Source of the DNA: a virus
Lineage: Duplodnaviria > Caudoviricetes
Strand: one strand, 5' to 3'
Length of the DNA: 37,115 nt
Virus record (IMG/VR): IMGVR_UViG_3300048855_000223
Location: 1 to 37,115 of that record
Every line of letters begins with the position of its first letter. Within the stretch, counting starts at the first letter, position 1. A program made the position numbers and the translations under genes. Shown one piece after another: positions 16,264 to 27,010 of this stretch. The notes below the pieces were generated by a model. That model was given only the letters and a program-made list of their open reading frames with translations, had not been told where the DNA came from and ran no database searches.

Positions 16264-19157
16264 CAGGCGGGTACCAGTACATAGAGGCCGACCACATCGG
16301 CGGGCAGGCAGGCTTCGACCGTCGGGCGCGTGCCGCGCGCCACTGAGGCATCACGCACGCGCAGATGATCCGCCAGCAGGGCGTCGGCACGGGTGTTGGC
16401 AATCGCATCGATTGCGGGCATCGCGAGGGGAAGCTCCTCCAGCGCCTCGCGAACCTCGAAGGCGCGTTCGTCGGCGTCCATGTTGCGAACCGGCTCGGCG
16501 GCTAGCAGGCTTAGCGCATCCGCATCCTCCAACAGCCGTGGCGGATCGGAGCCCGCGAGCGCCACGCCGATCGCTTCCTCGGACAGCAGCGTGCGAACAC
16601 GTTGCCACCGTGTACCATCGCGCTCCTCGATTCCGATCTGCGAGCGCAGGCGGAGCAGGAGAATGGTGGTGCGGCGCGTGACGGCCTTGGTCACGATGGC
16701 GCCGCAGCGAGAAGCAAGATCCGGCACATCTTCTGCCAGCGCACGCTCCGCGATGTGGTCCGCCAGGGATGCCACCAGAGGGTGTGTGCGATGGACGGCG
16801 GCGAAGCCAGCCGGTGCCGGGTGGCGGAAGGTGAGGCGGAGGGTTTTGGCGGTGAGGCCAACACCTTCAAGGCGCTCACGAACCTGGACCGGTAGGTATT
16901 CGGCGGGAAGCCGAAAGCGTTCAGCGCCGCGTTGCTCCAACGGCGCACGCAGACGCTCGCACGCGGCCATGACGAAGCGGTGCACATCGGCCTCGCCGCC
17001 GAGGGCGGACACAGCCTTGTTCCACTCCGGCAGCACCTCCTCGGGCTTAATCCGAGCTTGCGCGAAGACAGTGCGGGTCTGGCGGGCGTTCTCCTTGGCG
17101 CTCTCCCAAGCGCTGTCGAGATCAGCTTCAGCGCGACCGAAATCGAACGCCGCCTGCTTGAGGCCCTCTGCCACCCGGCCGGTCTGCAGCAGCACGGTCT
17201 GCAGGATCGCCTCGGTCACCTTGTTGGTATCGGCCGGGACCGGGACTGCGATGCCAAGCTCCTTGCGGATGCGTTCCGCCTTGCGGACGATGACCTTCAG
17301 CACGGCGCCATCGACCGGGTTATTGTCGCCGTAGATCATCAGCGCGCGGACGACCTTTTCTGGCTGACCGAAGCGGTCCACACGGCCTTCCCGCTGTTCA
17401 TGGCGGGTCGGGTTCCAGGAAAGGTCGTAGTGCACGACGGCGGAGAACATGGCCTGCAGGTTGATGCCCTCGGAAAGGCAATCGGTGGCGACCAGTACTG
17501 GCGTCTTGCCCTCTGTAACGCTGGCCAGGTCGTCGATACGGGCGCGCCGATCTTCGGGTGAAAGCTGACCAGTTATGATCTCGACGTAATGCTTCCCCAC
17601 GTCGAGGGCGGCCGACAGGTGCTCGCCAACATAATGTGCTGTCTGGATGAAGCGGCAGAAGATGACCGGTCGGAACCCTTCGGCAAGCAGCGCTTGTACG
17701 CGAGCAATCAATAGCCGGAGCTTAGGATCTCGGTTGGGACCACGTAGGGCTTCGGCACGATCAAGCAGGCTGCGCAATGCGCGCGCGTCCTCGGGGCTGG
17801 CCTCGGCATCGTCAGTAAGACCGGCCGGCGCTGCTTCCTCGGAGGTCAAGCTGTCGGTTGCGGCGCCATCGAACACAGCCTCGGCGCCCTGCTCGTCGAG
17901 CGCGGTGATCTGGTCGCTCTCGCTGGTGCCTTCCACCGCCCGCAGGCGGGTGGTGAGGGCGACCGTGGCTGAGGCCGGTGAAGAGGACACGCAGCGAAGC
18001 AATGCCAACGCCGCCCACCAAGACATGCGCTGCCGCAGGGCGGATTGCCCCTCCGCGCGCTTGACCATCGTGCGGGCGTAGTCGAGGACTTCGTCGAACA
18101 GGCGACCCCAGTCACCCGAGAGAGAATAAGTCGCCTCCTTCGTCTCCCGGTCCGGGAAGACGCTTCCCGCATCCCGCCATTCAGCGATATCGGCGCGGCG
18201 ACGCTGCACGAACTGGAGCGCGAGGCGCTCACGTAGCTTCTGGCGGATTGGCCCATCGGGAAGGCCCTGAAGAGCCCGAAAGTCTGCGTGGAGGAGAGCA
18301 AGTAGATTGTGGAAGGCCGACTCGTCACCGCTGTGTGGTGTGGCGGTGAGAAACACCATGTGGCGATCCGGGCGCTGAGCAAGGCCGCGGAGTAACGTCA
18401 GACGCTGGTTCTTTGTATCCGCTCCAGTGCCTACTGACGCGTGCGCCTCCTCGATGATCACGAACTCCGGGCAGGCGCGGAGAAACTCGTCACGGCGCCG
18501 GTCGGACTTGATGTAATCGAGCGAGACCACTGTGAAAGGGTGAACATCGAAGATCGATTGTCCCTGGGGTAGTCCGCGCTCCAACCGGCCGGCCGTCCCT
18601 GTCCGCACGATCTCACTCTGGATGCCGAATTTGGCGGCGAGCTCGCCCTGCCACTGGTCGCAGAGATGCGGGGGGCACAGGACGGCGATGCGGCTGATTT
18701 CGCCTCGGTCCAGAAGCTCCCGAGCGATGAGTCCACCCTCAATTGTCTTCCCGATTCCAACGTCGTCTGCGACCAGCAGACGCACGGTGTCCATCTTGAG
18801 GGCCATCAGCAGGGGCACTAGCTGGTATGCACGCGGCTCAACAGCGATGTTTCCGAATGACCGAAATGGCCCTGCGCCAGCTCGCAGCTTCAAACGCAGA
18901 GCGTCGCGCAGCAGAAGCGCGGCTGCCTGCGCCCCTGACTTATCCGGGTCCGGAGGAGGGAAGGTTGCGGAAGACGGCGCTACGGGTTCGAGCGGGAGAT
19001 AGATGAGTGTGGAGTCCTCCTCCGCGCCGCCGAGGGGTCTGAGACGTAGGAGGTCAGCGCCTGCTCCGCCAGGCAGCACAACCCACTCCCGGCCACGACC
19101 TGAGACGAGACTGCCGGGACGGAATTGCTCCGCCGGATTGGCGATGGCGGTGCTCAT
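16263..19157 (-). CDS. SNF2-family helicase (DrmD-like)
   Basis: ADDVGIGKT, EEAH, LTATPH, SEGINLQ, WNPTRHEQREGRVDRFGQ. Confidence 0.93.
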   Translation of the reverse strand: MSTAIANPAEQFRPGSLVSGRGREWVVLPGGAGADLLRLRPLGGAEEDSTLIYLPLEPVAPSSATFPPPDPDKSGAQAAALLLRDALRLKLRAGAGPFRSFGNIAVEPRAYQLVPLLMALKMDTVRLLVADDVGIGKTIEGGLIARELLDRGEISRIAVLCPPHLCDQWQGELAAKFGIQSEIVRTGTAGRLERGLPQGQSIFDVHPFTVVSLDYIKSDRRRDEFLRACPEFVIIEEAHASVGTGADTKNQRLTLLRGLAQRPDRHMVFLTATPHSGDESAFHNLLALLHADFRALQGLPDGPIRQKLRERLALQFVQRRRADIAEWRDAGSVFPDRETKEATYSLSGDWGRLFDEVLDYARTMVKRAEGQSALRQRMSWWAALALLRCVSSSPASATVALTTRLRAVEGTSESDQITALDEQGAEAVFDGAATDSLTSEEAAPAGLTDDAEASPEDARALRSLLDRAEALRGPNRDPKLRLLIARVQALLAEGFRPVIFCRFIQTAHYVGEHLSAALDVGKHYVEIITGQLSPEDRRARIDDLASVTEGKTPVLVATDCLSEGINLQAMFSAVVHYDLSWNPTRHEQREGRVDRFGQPEKVVRALMIYGDNNPVDGAVLKVIVRKAERIRKELGIAVPVPADTNKVTEAILQTVLLQTGRVAEGLKQAAFDFGRAEADLDSAWESAKENARQTRTVFAQARIKPEEVLPEWNKAVSALGGEADVHRFVMAACERLRAPLEQRGAERFRLPAEYLPVQVRERLEGVGLTAKTLRLTFRHPAPAGFAAVHRTHPLVASLADHIAERALAEDVPDLASRCGAIVTKAVTRRTTILLLRLRSQIGIEERDGTRWQRVRTLLSEEAIGVALAGSDPPRLLEDADALSLLAAEPVRNMDADERAFEVREALEELPLAMPAIDAIANTRADALLADHLRVRDASVARGTRPTVEACLPADVVGLYVLVPA

Positions 19158-22100
19158 GCTGCACCGCGCCCGAAGATGAAGCGGTACTTCCCAAAGATGC
19201 CCTGCCAGCCTGACTGATCCTCGGTAAACACCACGACTTTGTAGCCAGCATCACGCAGCGCCCGCCGCCGATTCTCGTCCATAGTTTTGGTGGCTTTCTG
19301 CTGATGATGAGGCCCATCGACGTAGATAAGGGCCTTGGTATCGTCGTAAGCAAAGTCTGGTTGGGTCGAGAACTCAGACAGCAACGGCTGTGCCCGGTCC
19401 GGAAGCCGGTAGCCGCCATCCCGCACGCCGGTCAGCCAGGCACGTTCGAGCCCTGACCCGCATTGGTTAAGCAGGGCATTAAAGGCATCACCCGCGTTCG
19501 CGCCCTCGGCGCTGCCAGCATCTGCTGCGGCGCGAGTCAGGCGACAGAGGAGGTCCAGAACCGCCCGGCTCTGCCGGTCAATCCGCTCATGATCTGGTTG
19601 GTTGGAATAGGAGAGCAAGCACCGATAGCACCCCGCTTCGCAATCCGTGTCCGTGTTGTCGAGGTCGTCGAACCCTGTCCAGGAGCCGGACTTCGAGCGC
19701 CAATGGCAAATCTCCAAAGCGCGAACAGCCACGCGACGCATGGCTTCTGGGTCGGACACAATCCGGCTGAGCACCCCAGCGCCACCTTCCGCGGCCTCGT
19801 AGAGTAGGATGGCATTGCGGTTTTCCCGGTCCGGAAGTGGCTCAGCCGCGAGTTCGCTTTCTTCCAACTGAAACACCCCCTCGATCCCACGCTTGAGGGC
19901 GTAGGTCAGGGTCGTGATTTCGTCGGCATCCAGGTTCACAGCAGGCCGGATCACCAGCACGTTCCGCCGATCCTCGACGAAGGGAATGATCCGCTGCACG
20001 GTCTTGGCAGTTGGCGCGTCGTCCATTGAATCGTCCGGCGCCTGCTCGTCGCGCGACCAGTCCCCTGATGCAACGTCGATGTTGAAGCCGAAGATTGACT
20101 TGTTCTTGCGACGCCTCCAACCGAGGTTGATCCGCCAAACTGTTGCGGCGGGGCCGTAGGATGCCGAGAGTAACTTGTCCCCTGCCTCGCTGAACGCGAC
20201 GGGCGTGAATCGGCGATGGCCATTCTGCTCCGCGAAGCGGAGTGTGGTGATCACCTCGTAGCCCTGTCTCTGCCTTTCTTCCTCGTCCGATGTGATACGG
20301 TCTGCGCGCCGCGTGCTGACCTGATCGATCCGGTAGAGGTCGAGAAGCGCAGGAATTCCTCCATCAAGCCGTGTGCCGCAGTTCACGCACTTCTCGTCAT
20401 CAGCCTCGGCGTCGAAATGGCCATAGCCGCAGGCCGGGCAAAGGCGCCCGCGGCGCACAGTCAGCCGGGACGAAGTGGAGACGCTGTCCGCATCACTGAC
20501 CGTCAGGATCGCCTTACGAACTCGGTATGTCGAACCCTCGTGATAGATGATTGATCTTGGGCCGAATTCTGAAAGGCCCAGGAAACGGGGCCGGGACAGG
20601 AAGCTGTCTCGACCAACCTTTTCGCGACGTGCGGGGATGTAGGCTAGCAGTGGCAGGCGTGGGAAATTGTAGCCGGGCAGAAAGCCTTCGGAAGCCAAGT
20701 AGCGGTATGCGTAAAAATCTGAGGACATACCGGTCCGACTATCGAGTAGAAGGTCGCGCTGGATCCGCGCCTCATCGTACCTCTGCTTGGCCTCGCGGCG
20801 CGTCTTTTCATCAGCAGCCGCGTTCATCTGGACCTCGTGTGCGAGGTTCATCTGACGTTGAGCCGCGTTGAACAAAGTCCGCCATCGATCGAAAGCGCTA
20901 TCGAGGTTGAGGTGTGCGGAGCCAATGACGTGGGAAAGCCAATCTGGCGTGAACCACGGCGCGTTCTCAGTCGAGAGTTCCCCATGCAGGGTCTGGAGGA
21001 TGGAAATGCCTCGCGCTGCCGCGTTCTGCCGTACCGAAGGCTGATCCACCTGCAATGCGATTTGGGCCAGAAGCGGAAGCTCCGGCACCTTTTCTTTGTC
21101 CAGAACGTCCTGGACGGAGGGGCCCAGCTTCTGGCCGGTCTCACCCAACCAGACCGCATGGATATGCGACCGGATCAGGTCCTCGTTAGCGAGGTCGATC
21201 GCAGGCGGATTCACCGCCCCTGCAACCATCCGCGCAGGGTCCCGAAAGAAATATTGGTCATGCGGCGAGCGTGCTGCGCAGTAAGTGATGACCAGTGCCG
21301 GTTGCCCGCTTCGGCCGGCGCGCCCACTGCGCTGCGCGTAATTTGCGGGCGTCGGCGGGACGTTGCGCATATAGACTGTGTTGAGCGTGGAGATGTCCAC
21401 GCCGAGCTCCATGGTGGGTGAGCAGAACATCACCGGGAGCTGCGCGCTGCGGAACCGCTCTTCGCGACGTTCACGCTCCTCTGCATCTACCTGCGCGGTG
21501 TGTTCCCGTGCCTGCAGCGTATGAAGGAAGCGATCATCCCCGCGCAGCATTTCCGAGACGTTGTGATAGAGGTCCAGAAAGAAGCGGTTGGTGCTATCGC
21601 CTCCCGTGCCGTCGCCGATCCGCCACTCGATGACGGATGCAGGCACGCGAAAGCCCTTGTGCCCCCCCTCCACATCAATCGGCTCCGCGAGCCCATAGAT
21701 GGTGAGGACATCTAGCATCCCGTCGATGATCTCGTTGTAGGTCGCCTCGTCGATCTTCTGCGGAAAGGCGGTAGCGGCTGCCTCCCACGTGCTCTTCGCT
21801 TTGATCTTGCGGCCGAAAGTTGAGCGGTGAGACACGTGTATCGTCGGAACGGGAATGCGGCCTGTAGCGGGCTGTGGCCTGGCAATCATGACCGCCGCGG
21901 TGGTGGGGCGCTCGTCCTCGGCCATGCCCCATGGCTCACGAAGTTCGGAGAAGGAGCGGTTGCGCACCTGCTCCAGATGATCCGCATCGAGGTAGATGGT
22001 CTTGATCGCGAGACCGCGTCGCATGCGGTCAAGAAGGTCACGCAGCAGCTTCTCTCGCACGTTGGGTGAAGCCGCCGCGAGCAGCGGATGGCATTTTGTC

Positions 22101-24376
22101 CACTCTGCCTGATCGGCTGCACATTCAACGAGAGAGGTGTACCCAATCGAGAGGTAACCGAGCTGCTCGAGGTTGGGATGCGTGAAACGCCAGCCCCGCC
22201 TCAGATCGAAGTAGAGCCGGTAGCCGAGAACGTCACGAAGAGCCTTCCTGGCCTGCTCTGCTTTTGCACCCTTCGCATCTGGGGCGCTGGCAAAGTCAGA
22301 CGGCACTAGCCGGAGGTGCTCCAGCACGCGATGAGTCAGCACATCATCGGTAAGCAGGCCGGCCGCCTGGTTGCGCAGAGCGGCAAGCAACGCGCCGCGT
22401 AGCAGCAGGATCATGACAAAGTCGTTGAGGTGGCCCGCCTGTAGTGACGCATCCTGCCGATTGTCGGTGAACCCCAGCAGCTTTTTTGCCGCGGCCGGGA
22501 GCGAGGGTTCCTTCAACAGATGCCGCATGGCTGCAACGGTCAGCACCGTGGTGGCGCTGGATCTCCCCTCAGACGAAAGGGACCCGAGTTTCGCGGTCTC
22601 GCTACGAACAGAGCCGTCGAAAACGACGTCGCATTGCTGATTCAGGCAGAAGCGGAAGCTCTTGGGAATGAACCATCCCGGAAGGCCTCGCTCGTCAGCC
22701 TCGCCGGTCGCAGCCACCTGCAATGGGACGGGACGCATCGACCGAAAGCTTTGTCTCACACGCTGGCTCCCGTCGGCCGCCGTCTCCAGCCATTCATCGG
22801 GATAGTGATCAGGATCGTCCGCGCTAAACTCGTCTTCCGGGTCTGGCATGAAATAGCCGTGGATGGCGCCGCCCTCATCGTCATCGCTCGAACGATCGCC
22901 CAATTCGCGCGGGTCGATCCGCACCGCCCGCTTGTTCGATATGGTCGCCCATACCGGGTAGTACTCCTGCCCGCACGATCGGCAGAAAACGATATTGAAG
23001 AGAGGTTTGTCGCGCTCACCCGGCTTAAACTGCTGGCCGTTGAGAGTGACGTAGCGTTTTCCGGCAGGTTCGAGCGTGGTGAATGCGTCCCCCGCACCCG
23101 CGACAAACTGATGAAGCCGAAACGCGAAGATCGGCCGTCCATCCGGCCCGTGAGTGCGGTAGGCCAGCAGCAGCAACTGCCGCAGATGGTCGAGGCATTG
23201 GGCGGCAGGCTGGCCGCTGGCCGCAGCGAGAAGTTCGGCAGCCTCAGCCAGCGTCTTCGGGCGTGTCGTACGAACCCACCGACCATCGACGCGGCCATCC
23301 TCGCGTTGGAGCCCGAGGGTGGTTTCCGCCCAGGCGGCGATCGGATCACGGCGCAGGAGTGTATGGTCGCTGACCTCAGGGACCCCCGCCGCAATCGCGG
23401 CGGCAAGGCTCGCCTGATCGGTTGAAGCGGCATCTTCGGTAACGCGGTAGAGGGTCTCGGTGATCACATTCTCAGGTCGGACCTCCGCCCCGAAAAGGCG
23501 TGACGCCACGCGCGAAACCGCTCTGCGCCGATCGTCCGCGGTTCCTTCAGTCGCCATGGTGGCGCTAGTGCCGACGCAGAGCAGATGGGGGCTCGTCCGA
23601 TCCCGAACACGGCGCACCAGCATCGCAACGTCAGCACCCTGCCGTCCACGATAAGTGTGCAGTTCGTCGAGGACCAGGAAGCGCAGGTCCTTGGCTTGCG
23701 CCATCACCTGCGGGTCGGGCGCCGAGTGCCTGGTCAACATCAGCTCCAGCATCACGTAGTTGGTAAGGAGGATGTCGGGTGGGTTGGCCGCTAGCTTCTG
23801 CCGAGCCTCGTCATTCTCCTGCCCTGTGTATCGGGCGTAGGTGACGGGCTCGCCGCCCTTCGGATAGCCAAGGGACAGATACTTCTCCAACTCCTCGAGC
23901 TGGGAATTGCAGAGCGCATTCATCGGATAGACCACGATGGCCGTGATGCCCTTGGCGCCGCCGACGGCGCGACGCCGGAGCACGTCATCCACAATCGGCA
24001 CGAAGTAAGCTAGCGATTTGCCAGAGCCGGTGCCGGTGGTCAGGACGTAGGACTCGCGGCGCGTTGCCACTCGAATCGCTTGCTCCTGGTGCTTGTGCAG
24101 TGTGAGCGCGGCGCCCAGGTCCCCTTGCTCCGATTTTCCAAAGCGAAAAATGCGCTCACAATCGGGGTGCAGCAGTCCTTCGGCGACAAAGTTTCCTATG
24201 TCGCCGCCCGGGACGAAGGCTGGGTTAAGCCCCACCATGGGCTGCGGCCAGTAACGACCTGCGGCGTACTCTGCGTCCACATGGCATTTAATGTCATCAG
24301 CCTTGATCTTGACGAAGGACCGGGTGAATCGCTCATATTCGCCGACGAGTTGGTCCCGAAACTCAAATACGTCCAT
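19154..24376 (-). CDS. DEAD/DEAH helicase with DUF1998 and C-terminal DUF559/Vsr-like nuclease domain
   Basis: TTGTGSGKS, DELH, SAT, TMELGVDI, QRSGRAGR; YEAAEGGAG...CEAGCYRCL (DUF1998); PDFAY...YVDGPHH. Confidence 0.92.
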   Translation of the reverse strand: MDVFEFRDQLVGEYERFTRSFVKIKADDIKCHVDAEYAAGRYWPQPMVGLNPAFVPGGDIGNFVAEGLLHPDCERIFRFGKSEQGDLGAALTLHKHQEQAIRVATRRESYVLTTGTGSGKSLAYFVPIVDDVLRRRAVGGAKGITAIVVYPMNALCNSQLEELEKYLSLGYPKGGEPVTYARYTGQENDEARQKLAANPPDILLTNYVMLELMLTRHSAPDPQVMAQAKDLRFLVLDELHTYRGRQGADVAMLVRRVRDRTSPHLLCVGTSATMATEGTADDRRRAVSRVASRLFGAEVRPENVITETLYRVTEDAASTDQASLAAAIAAGVPEVSDHTLLRRDPIAAWAETTLGLQREDGRVDGRWVRTTRPKTLAEAAELLAAASGQPAAQCLDHLRQLLLLAYRTHGPDGRPIFAFRLHQFVAGAGDAFTTLEPAGKRYVTLNGQQFKPGERDKPLFNIVFCRSCGQEYYPVWATISNKRAVRIDPRELGDRSSDDDEGGAIHGYFMPDPEDEFSADDPDHYPDEWLETAADGSQRVRQSFRSMRPVPLQVAATGEADERGLPGWFIPKSFRFCLNQQCDVVFDGSVRSETAKLGSLSSEGRSSATTVLTVAAMRHLLKEPSLPAAAKKLLGFTDNRQDASLQAGHLNDFVMILLLRGALLAALRNQAAGLLTDDVLTHRVLEHLRLVPSDFASAPDAKGAKAEQARKALRDVLGYRLYFDLRRGWRFTHPNLEQLGYLSIGYTSLVECAADQAEWTKCHPLLAAASPNVREKLLRDLLDRMRRGLAIKTIYLDADHLEQVRNRSFSELREPWGMAEDERPTTAAVMIARPQPATGRIPVPTIHVSHRSTFGRKIKAKSTWEAAATAFPQKIDEATYNEIIDGMLDVLTIYGLAEPIDVEGGHKGFRVPASVIEWRIGDGTGGDSTNRFFLDLYHNVSEMLRGDDRFLHTLQAREHTAQVDAEERERREERFRSAQLPVMFCSPTMELGVDISTLNTVYMRNVPPTPANYAQRSGRAGRSGQPALVITYCAARSPHDQYFFRDPARMVAGAVNPPAIDLANEDLIRSHIHAVWLGETGQKLGPSVQDVLDKEKVPELPLLAQIALQVDQPSVRQNAAARGISILQTLHGELSTENAPWFTPDWLSHVIGSAHLNLDSAFDRWRTLFNAAQRQMNLAHEVQMNAAADEKTRREAKQRYDEARIQRDLLLDSRTGMSSDFYAYRYLASEGFLPGYNFPRLPLLAYIPARREKVGRDSFLSRPRFLGLSEFGPRSIIYHEGSTYRVRKAILTVSDADSVSTSSRLTVRRGRLCPACGYGHFDAEADDEKCVNCGTRLDGGIPALLDLYRIDQVSTRRADRITSDEEERQRQGYEVITTLRFAEQNGHRRFTPVAFSEAGDKLLSASYGPAATVWRINLGWRRRKNKSIFGFNIDVASGDWSRDEQAPDDSMDDAPTAKTVQRIIPFVEDRRNVLVIRPAVNLDADEITTLTYALKRGIEGVFQLEESELAAEPLPDRENRNAILLYEAAEGGAGVLSRIVSDPEAMRRVAVRALEICHWRSKSGSWTGFDDLDNTDTDCEAGCYRCLLSYSNQPDHERIDRQSRAVLDLLCRLTRAAADAGSAEGANAGDAFNALLNQCGSGLERAWLTGVRDGGYRLPDRAQPLLSEFSTQPDFAYDDTKALIYVDGPHHQQKATKTMDENRRRALRDAGYKVVVFTEDQSGWQGIFGKYRFIFGRGAA

Positions 24377-24547
24377 TACGCGAATCCCGCCCCACGACTG
24401 TTGGGGAAGCGTAAATGCGAATGCACGGGAATGGGAGGGGAGATTGCCGGATAGCTTGCCGGTTCATCCGCATCCGGCACTGCCTGGAACGGCAGAGGCG
24501 CTTCTCCGGCACGCGCAAGCCAGCGCAACAGACCCCGTCGTCGGGCG

Positions 24548-24946
24548 CTATACCGTTGTTCTCGCGCTGGCATGTGACCGTTGGCTCTCCCACGCTACTG
24601 GAAACGGCTCCATCAGCGCCGGCAGCGTCACCCTCTCTGGCTGCCGCCCGTCGAGGATCGCCTCCACGATATCAGGGGCCAGCAGCGTTAAGCGAAGTAT
24701 TTGGCCAAGGTAGCCACGCTCTATCCGCTCACCTGCCGCCGTTTCGCTAATCGAGCCGTACTTCCCATCCTCCAGCATCCGCTTCCAGCGGAAGGCTCGG
24801 GCCAGCGCCTTGATCAGCGCCGGATCGCCTGCGGTGCGGGAAGACACTTCCTCGGACTCAGCCTGAGGGCCGACAATGGTCTTCCGGCCCGGCCGACGCT
24901 GGATTTTTAGTGGAACTCTGACGGTTATCGTTGTGGCCGTTTTCAT
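24548..24946 (-). CDS. Recombinase-associated hypothetical protein
   Basis: ALIKALARAFRW...LRLTLLAPDIVEAILDGRQP, typical of DUF2924 recombinase modules; ATGA-coupled. Confidence 0.8.
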   Translation of the reverse strand: MKTATTITVRVPLKIQRRPGRKTIVGPQAESEEVSSRTAGDPALIKALARAFRWKRMLEDGKYGSISETAAGERIERGYLGQILRLTLLAPDIVEAILDGRQPERVTLPALMEPFPVAWESQRSHASARTTV

Positions 24947-26286
24947 TCTGCTGCCTGAAGCAGCGCGGGAGTGCTTCCAAGGTCTCGTACCAGCCCTGCC
25001 AGCCCGTCGATGCGGAGCCGGATATCGGCCCCACTGGGCCCAACGGTCACCCTCTCGACCAGCGACTGCACGATCCTTGCCTGCTCGGCCGGGAAAAGCT
25101 CTCCCCAGAGGGGCTCCAAGCTCTCAAGGGCATGCTTCACTTGGCTTTCGGTCAGGTCGGGCGCTTCCACTCGCGCTCCGAGCCAGGTGCCCACCACGAT
25201 CTCCGGCTGCCGCAGCAGCGCCCGCACTTGGCTGATCACTGCGGTCTCGATCTCGGCAGCCGAGACGCGCCGGACGATGTCCGGCCCGCCCCCGGCCTCG
25301 CTCTTTAGAACGGTCTGGGCCACATAGTAGCGGTAGAGCCGGCCATTCTTCCGGGTATGGGTCGGCGAAAGCGCCCTACCATCCTCCCCAAAGATCAGTC
25401 CCTTCAGCAGAGCCGGGCTCTGCGCGCGGTTCTGGTTGGCGCGGACCCGCGGGCTGATCTGCAGAATGGCGTGCGCCCGGTCCCACAGCTCCCGCGACAC
25501 AATGGCCTGATGCTCGCCGCGGTGAATCTGACCCTTGTGCGGCGCCTCCCCCACGTAGGTCCGGTTGTTCAGCAGCTTGTAGACGTCGCCCTTATTGAGC
25601 GGGCGGCCGGACTTGCTGGTCGCCGCCTCGGCCTGCAGCTGCTTCACCGTACCGACGCCTGATCCGGTATCGGCGAACAGCTCAAACACCCGCCTGACCC
25701 TGGCCGCCTCGGGCTCGTTCACCACCAACTTCCGGGCCACGACGTCGTAGCCGAGCGGCACCTTGCCCCCCATCCACATCCCCCTGGCGCGGGAGGCGGC
25801 GAACTTGTCCCGGATCCGCTCGCCGATCACCTCCCGCTCGAATTGCGCAAAGCTGAGCAGGATGTTGAGCGTCAGCCGGCCCATGGAGGTGGTGGTATTG
25901 AAGGACTGGGTGATGCTGACAAAGGTCACCCCGTGGGCATCCATCACCTCCACCAGCTTCGAGAAGTCCATGAGCGAGCGGCTGAGGCGGTCGATCTTGT
26001 AGACAACGATGACGTCGACCCGTCCCGCCTCGATATCCCGCAGCAGGCGCTGTAGCGCTGGTCGCTCCAGGGTGCCGCCGGAGAACCCCCCATCGTTGTA
26101 GTGGTCGCCGACCAGCACCCAGCCCTCGGCGCGCTGGCTGGCCACGTAAGCCTCACAGGCCTCGCGCTGGGCATCCAGGGTGTTGAACTCCCGGTCCAGC
26201 CCCTCGTCGGTCGACTTCCGGGTGTAGACGGCGCAGCGGCGCTTCTGGACCGAGCTCGGCATGGCCGGCGCGGGGCGGCGACTCAT
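24943..26286 (-). CDS. Large serine recombinase
   Basis: CAVYTRKST (catalytic Ser), DGGFSGG..ERPAL, KIDRLSRS, FAQFERE, recombinase domain YVGE...HQAIVS. Confidence 0.95.
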   Translation of the reverse strand: MSRRPAPAMPSSVQKRRCAVYTRKSTDEGLDREFNTLDAQREACEAYVASQRAEGWVLVGDHYNDGGFSGGTLERPALQRLLRDIEAGRVDVIVVYKIDRLSRSLMDFSKLVEVMDAHGVTFVSITQSFNTTTSMGRLTLNILLSFAQFEREVIGERIRDKFAASRARGMWMGGKVPLGYDVVARKLVVNEPEAARVRRVFELFADTGSGVGTVKQLQAEAATSKSGRPLNKGDVYKLLNNRTYVGEAPHKGQIHRGEHQAIVSRELWDRAHAILQISPRVRANQNRAQSPALLKGLIFGEDGRALSPTHTRKNGRLYRYYVAQTVLKSEAGGGPDIVRRVSAAEIETAVISQVRALLRQPEIVVGTWLGARVEAPDLTESQVKHALESLEPLWGELFPAEQARIVQSLVERVTVGPSGADIRLRIDGLAGLVRDLGSTPALLQAAE

Positions 26287-26795
26287 GGGCGCACCCGCAG
26301 ACCGAAGAAGGTCCAGCCGTTCCAGCGCGTGCCGGTGATATGCCTGGCGATAGCCGAGAGCGAGCGGTAGGGCCGCCCTTCGAACTCGAAGTCATCGGTG
26401 CGGACCGTAACCACGTGCTCGACCCCCTGCCATTCCCGCAGAAGGCGCGTGCCTCGCAGGGGCCTGCTGTCGGCCCGGATCCTGCGCATGACGACGTTGC
26501 CGCCGTCGAGCTGCTCCCCCAGCGCCTCGAGCCGGGCCCGGGTTTCCGGCTTCAGCCCACCATAGGCGAGCTCCTGAATGCGGTAGGCCAAGCGACTCTC
26601 GATGTAGGTCCGGCTGAAGGGTGGCGCATCCTTGCCAAACAGCTCCCGCCATTGCTGCTTCAGCTGGGCGATGGGAGTCGTCTTGATGGCGGCCAGGCGG
26701 CTGAGCACACTGGCCACCGGGATAGTTGGGATGGTGGGAGCGGCGGGCTCCTCCCTGACTTTCTTGAGGCCTTTCGCGGGGCTGATCCGGGTCAT
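26283..26795 (-). CDS. DUF2924 family protein
   Basis: LAYRIQELAYGGL, GTRLLREWQG, SLSAIARHITGTRWNGWTFFGL; ATG at 26795. Confidence 0.9.
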   Translation of the reverse strand: MTRISPAKGLKKVREEPAAPTIPTIPVASVLSRLAAIKTTPIAQLKQQWRELFGKDAPPFSRTYIESRLAYRIQELAYGGLKPETRARLEALGEQLDGGNVVMRRIRADSRPLRGTRLLREWQGVEHVVTVRTDDFEFEGRPYRSLSAIARHITGTRWNGWTFFGLRVRP

Positions 26796-27010
26796 GCGGG
26801 TCTCCGAGTCGGTGGAGACACAGGACCGCTCTGGTAGGCGGTGAAGTGTAGAGAAACCTCTCCACAGGGGGGCAACGCCTGGGACCTGTCTCCACGAAGC
26901 CGCAGAAGGCCTGCCGCAAGGATGGCGCAAACCTCGCGGAGGTGGGGCGGAAGGTGGAGGTTGGATGTCGGGGTCTGCGATCTCATGTTGCGGCCATGAT
27001 CGGCCAGCAC
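26792..27010 (-). CDS. Small hypothetical protein of the recombinase module
   Basis: LPPHLREVCAILAAGLLRLR; ATGA-coupled to DUF2924. Confidence 0.6.
   Translation of the reverse strand: MLADHGRNMRSQTPTSNLHLPPHLREVCAILAAGLLRLRGDRSQALPPCGEVSLHFTAYQSGPVSPPTRRPA

Noticed and set aside
12232-24376. Canonical DISARM, BREX or Druantia call
   Set aside because: No DrmC PLD or separate DrmB, no PglZ/BrxC, no recognisable Dru partners, so gene symbols were withheld
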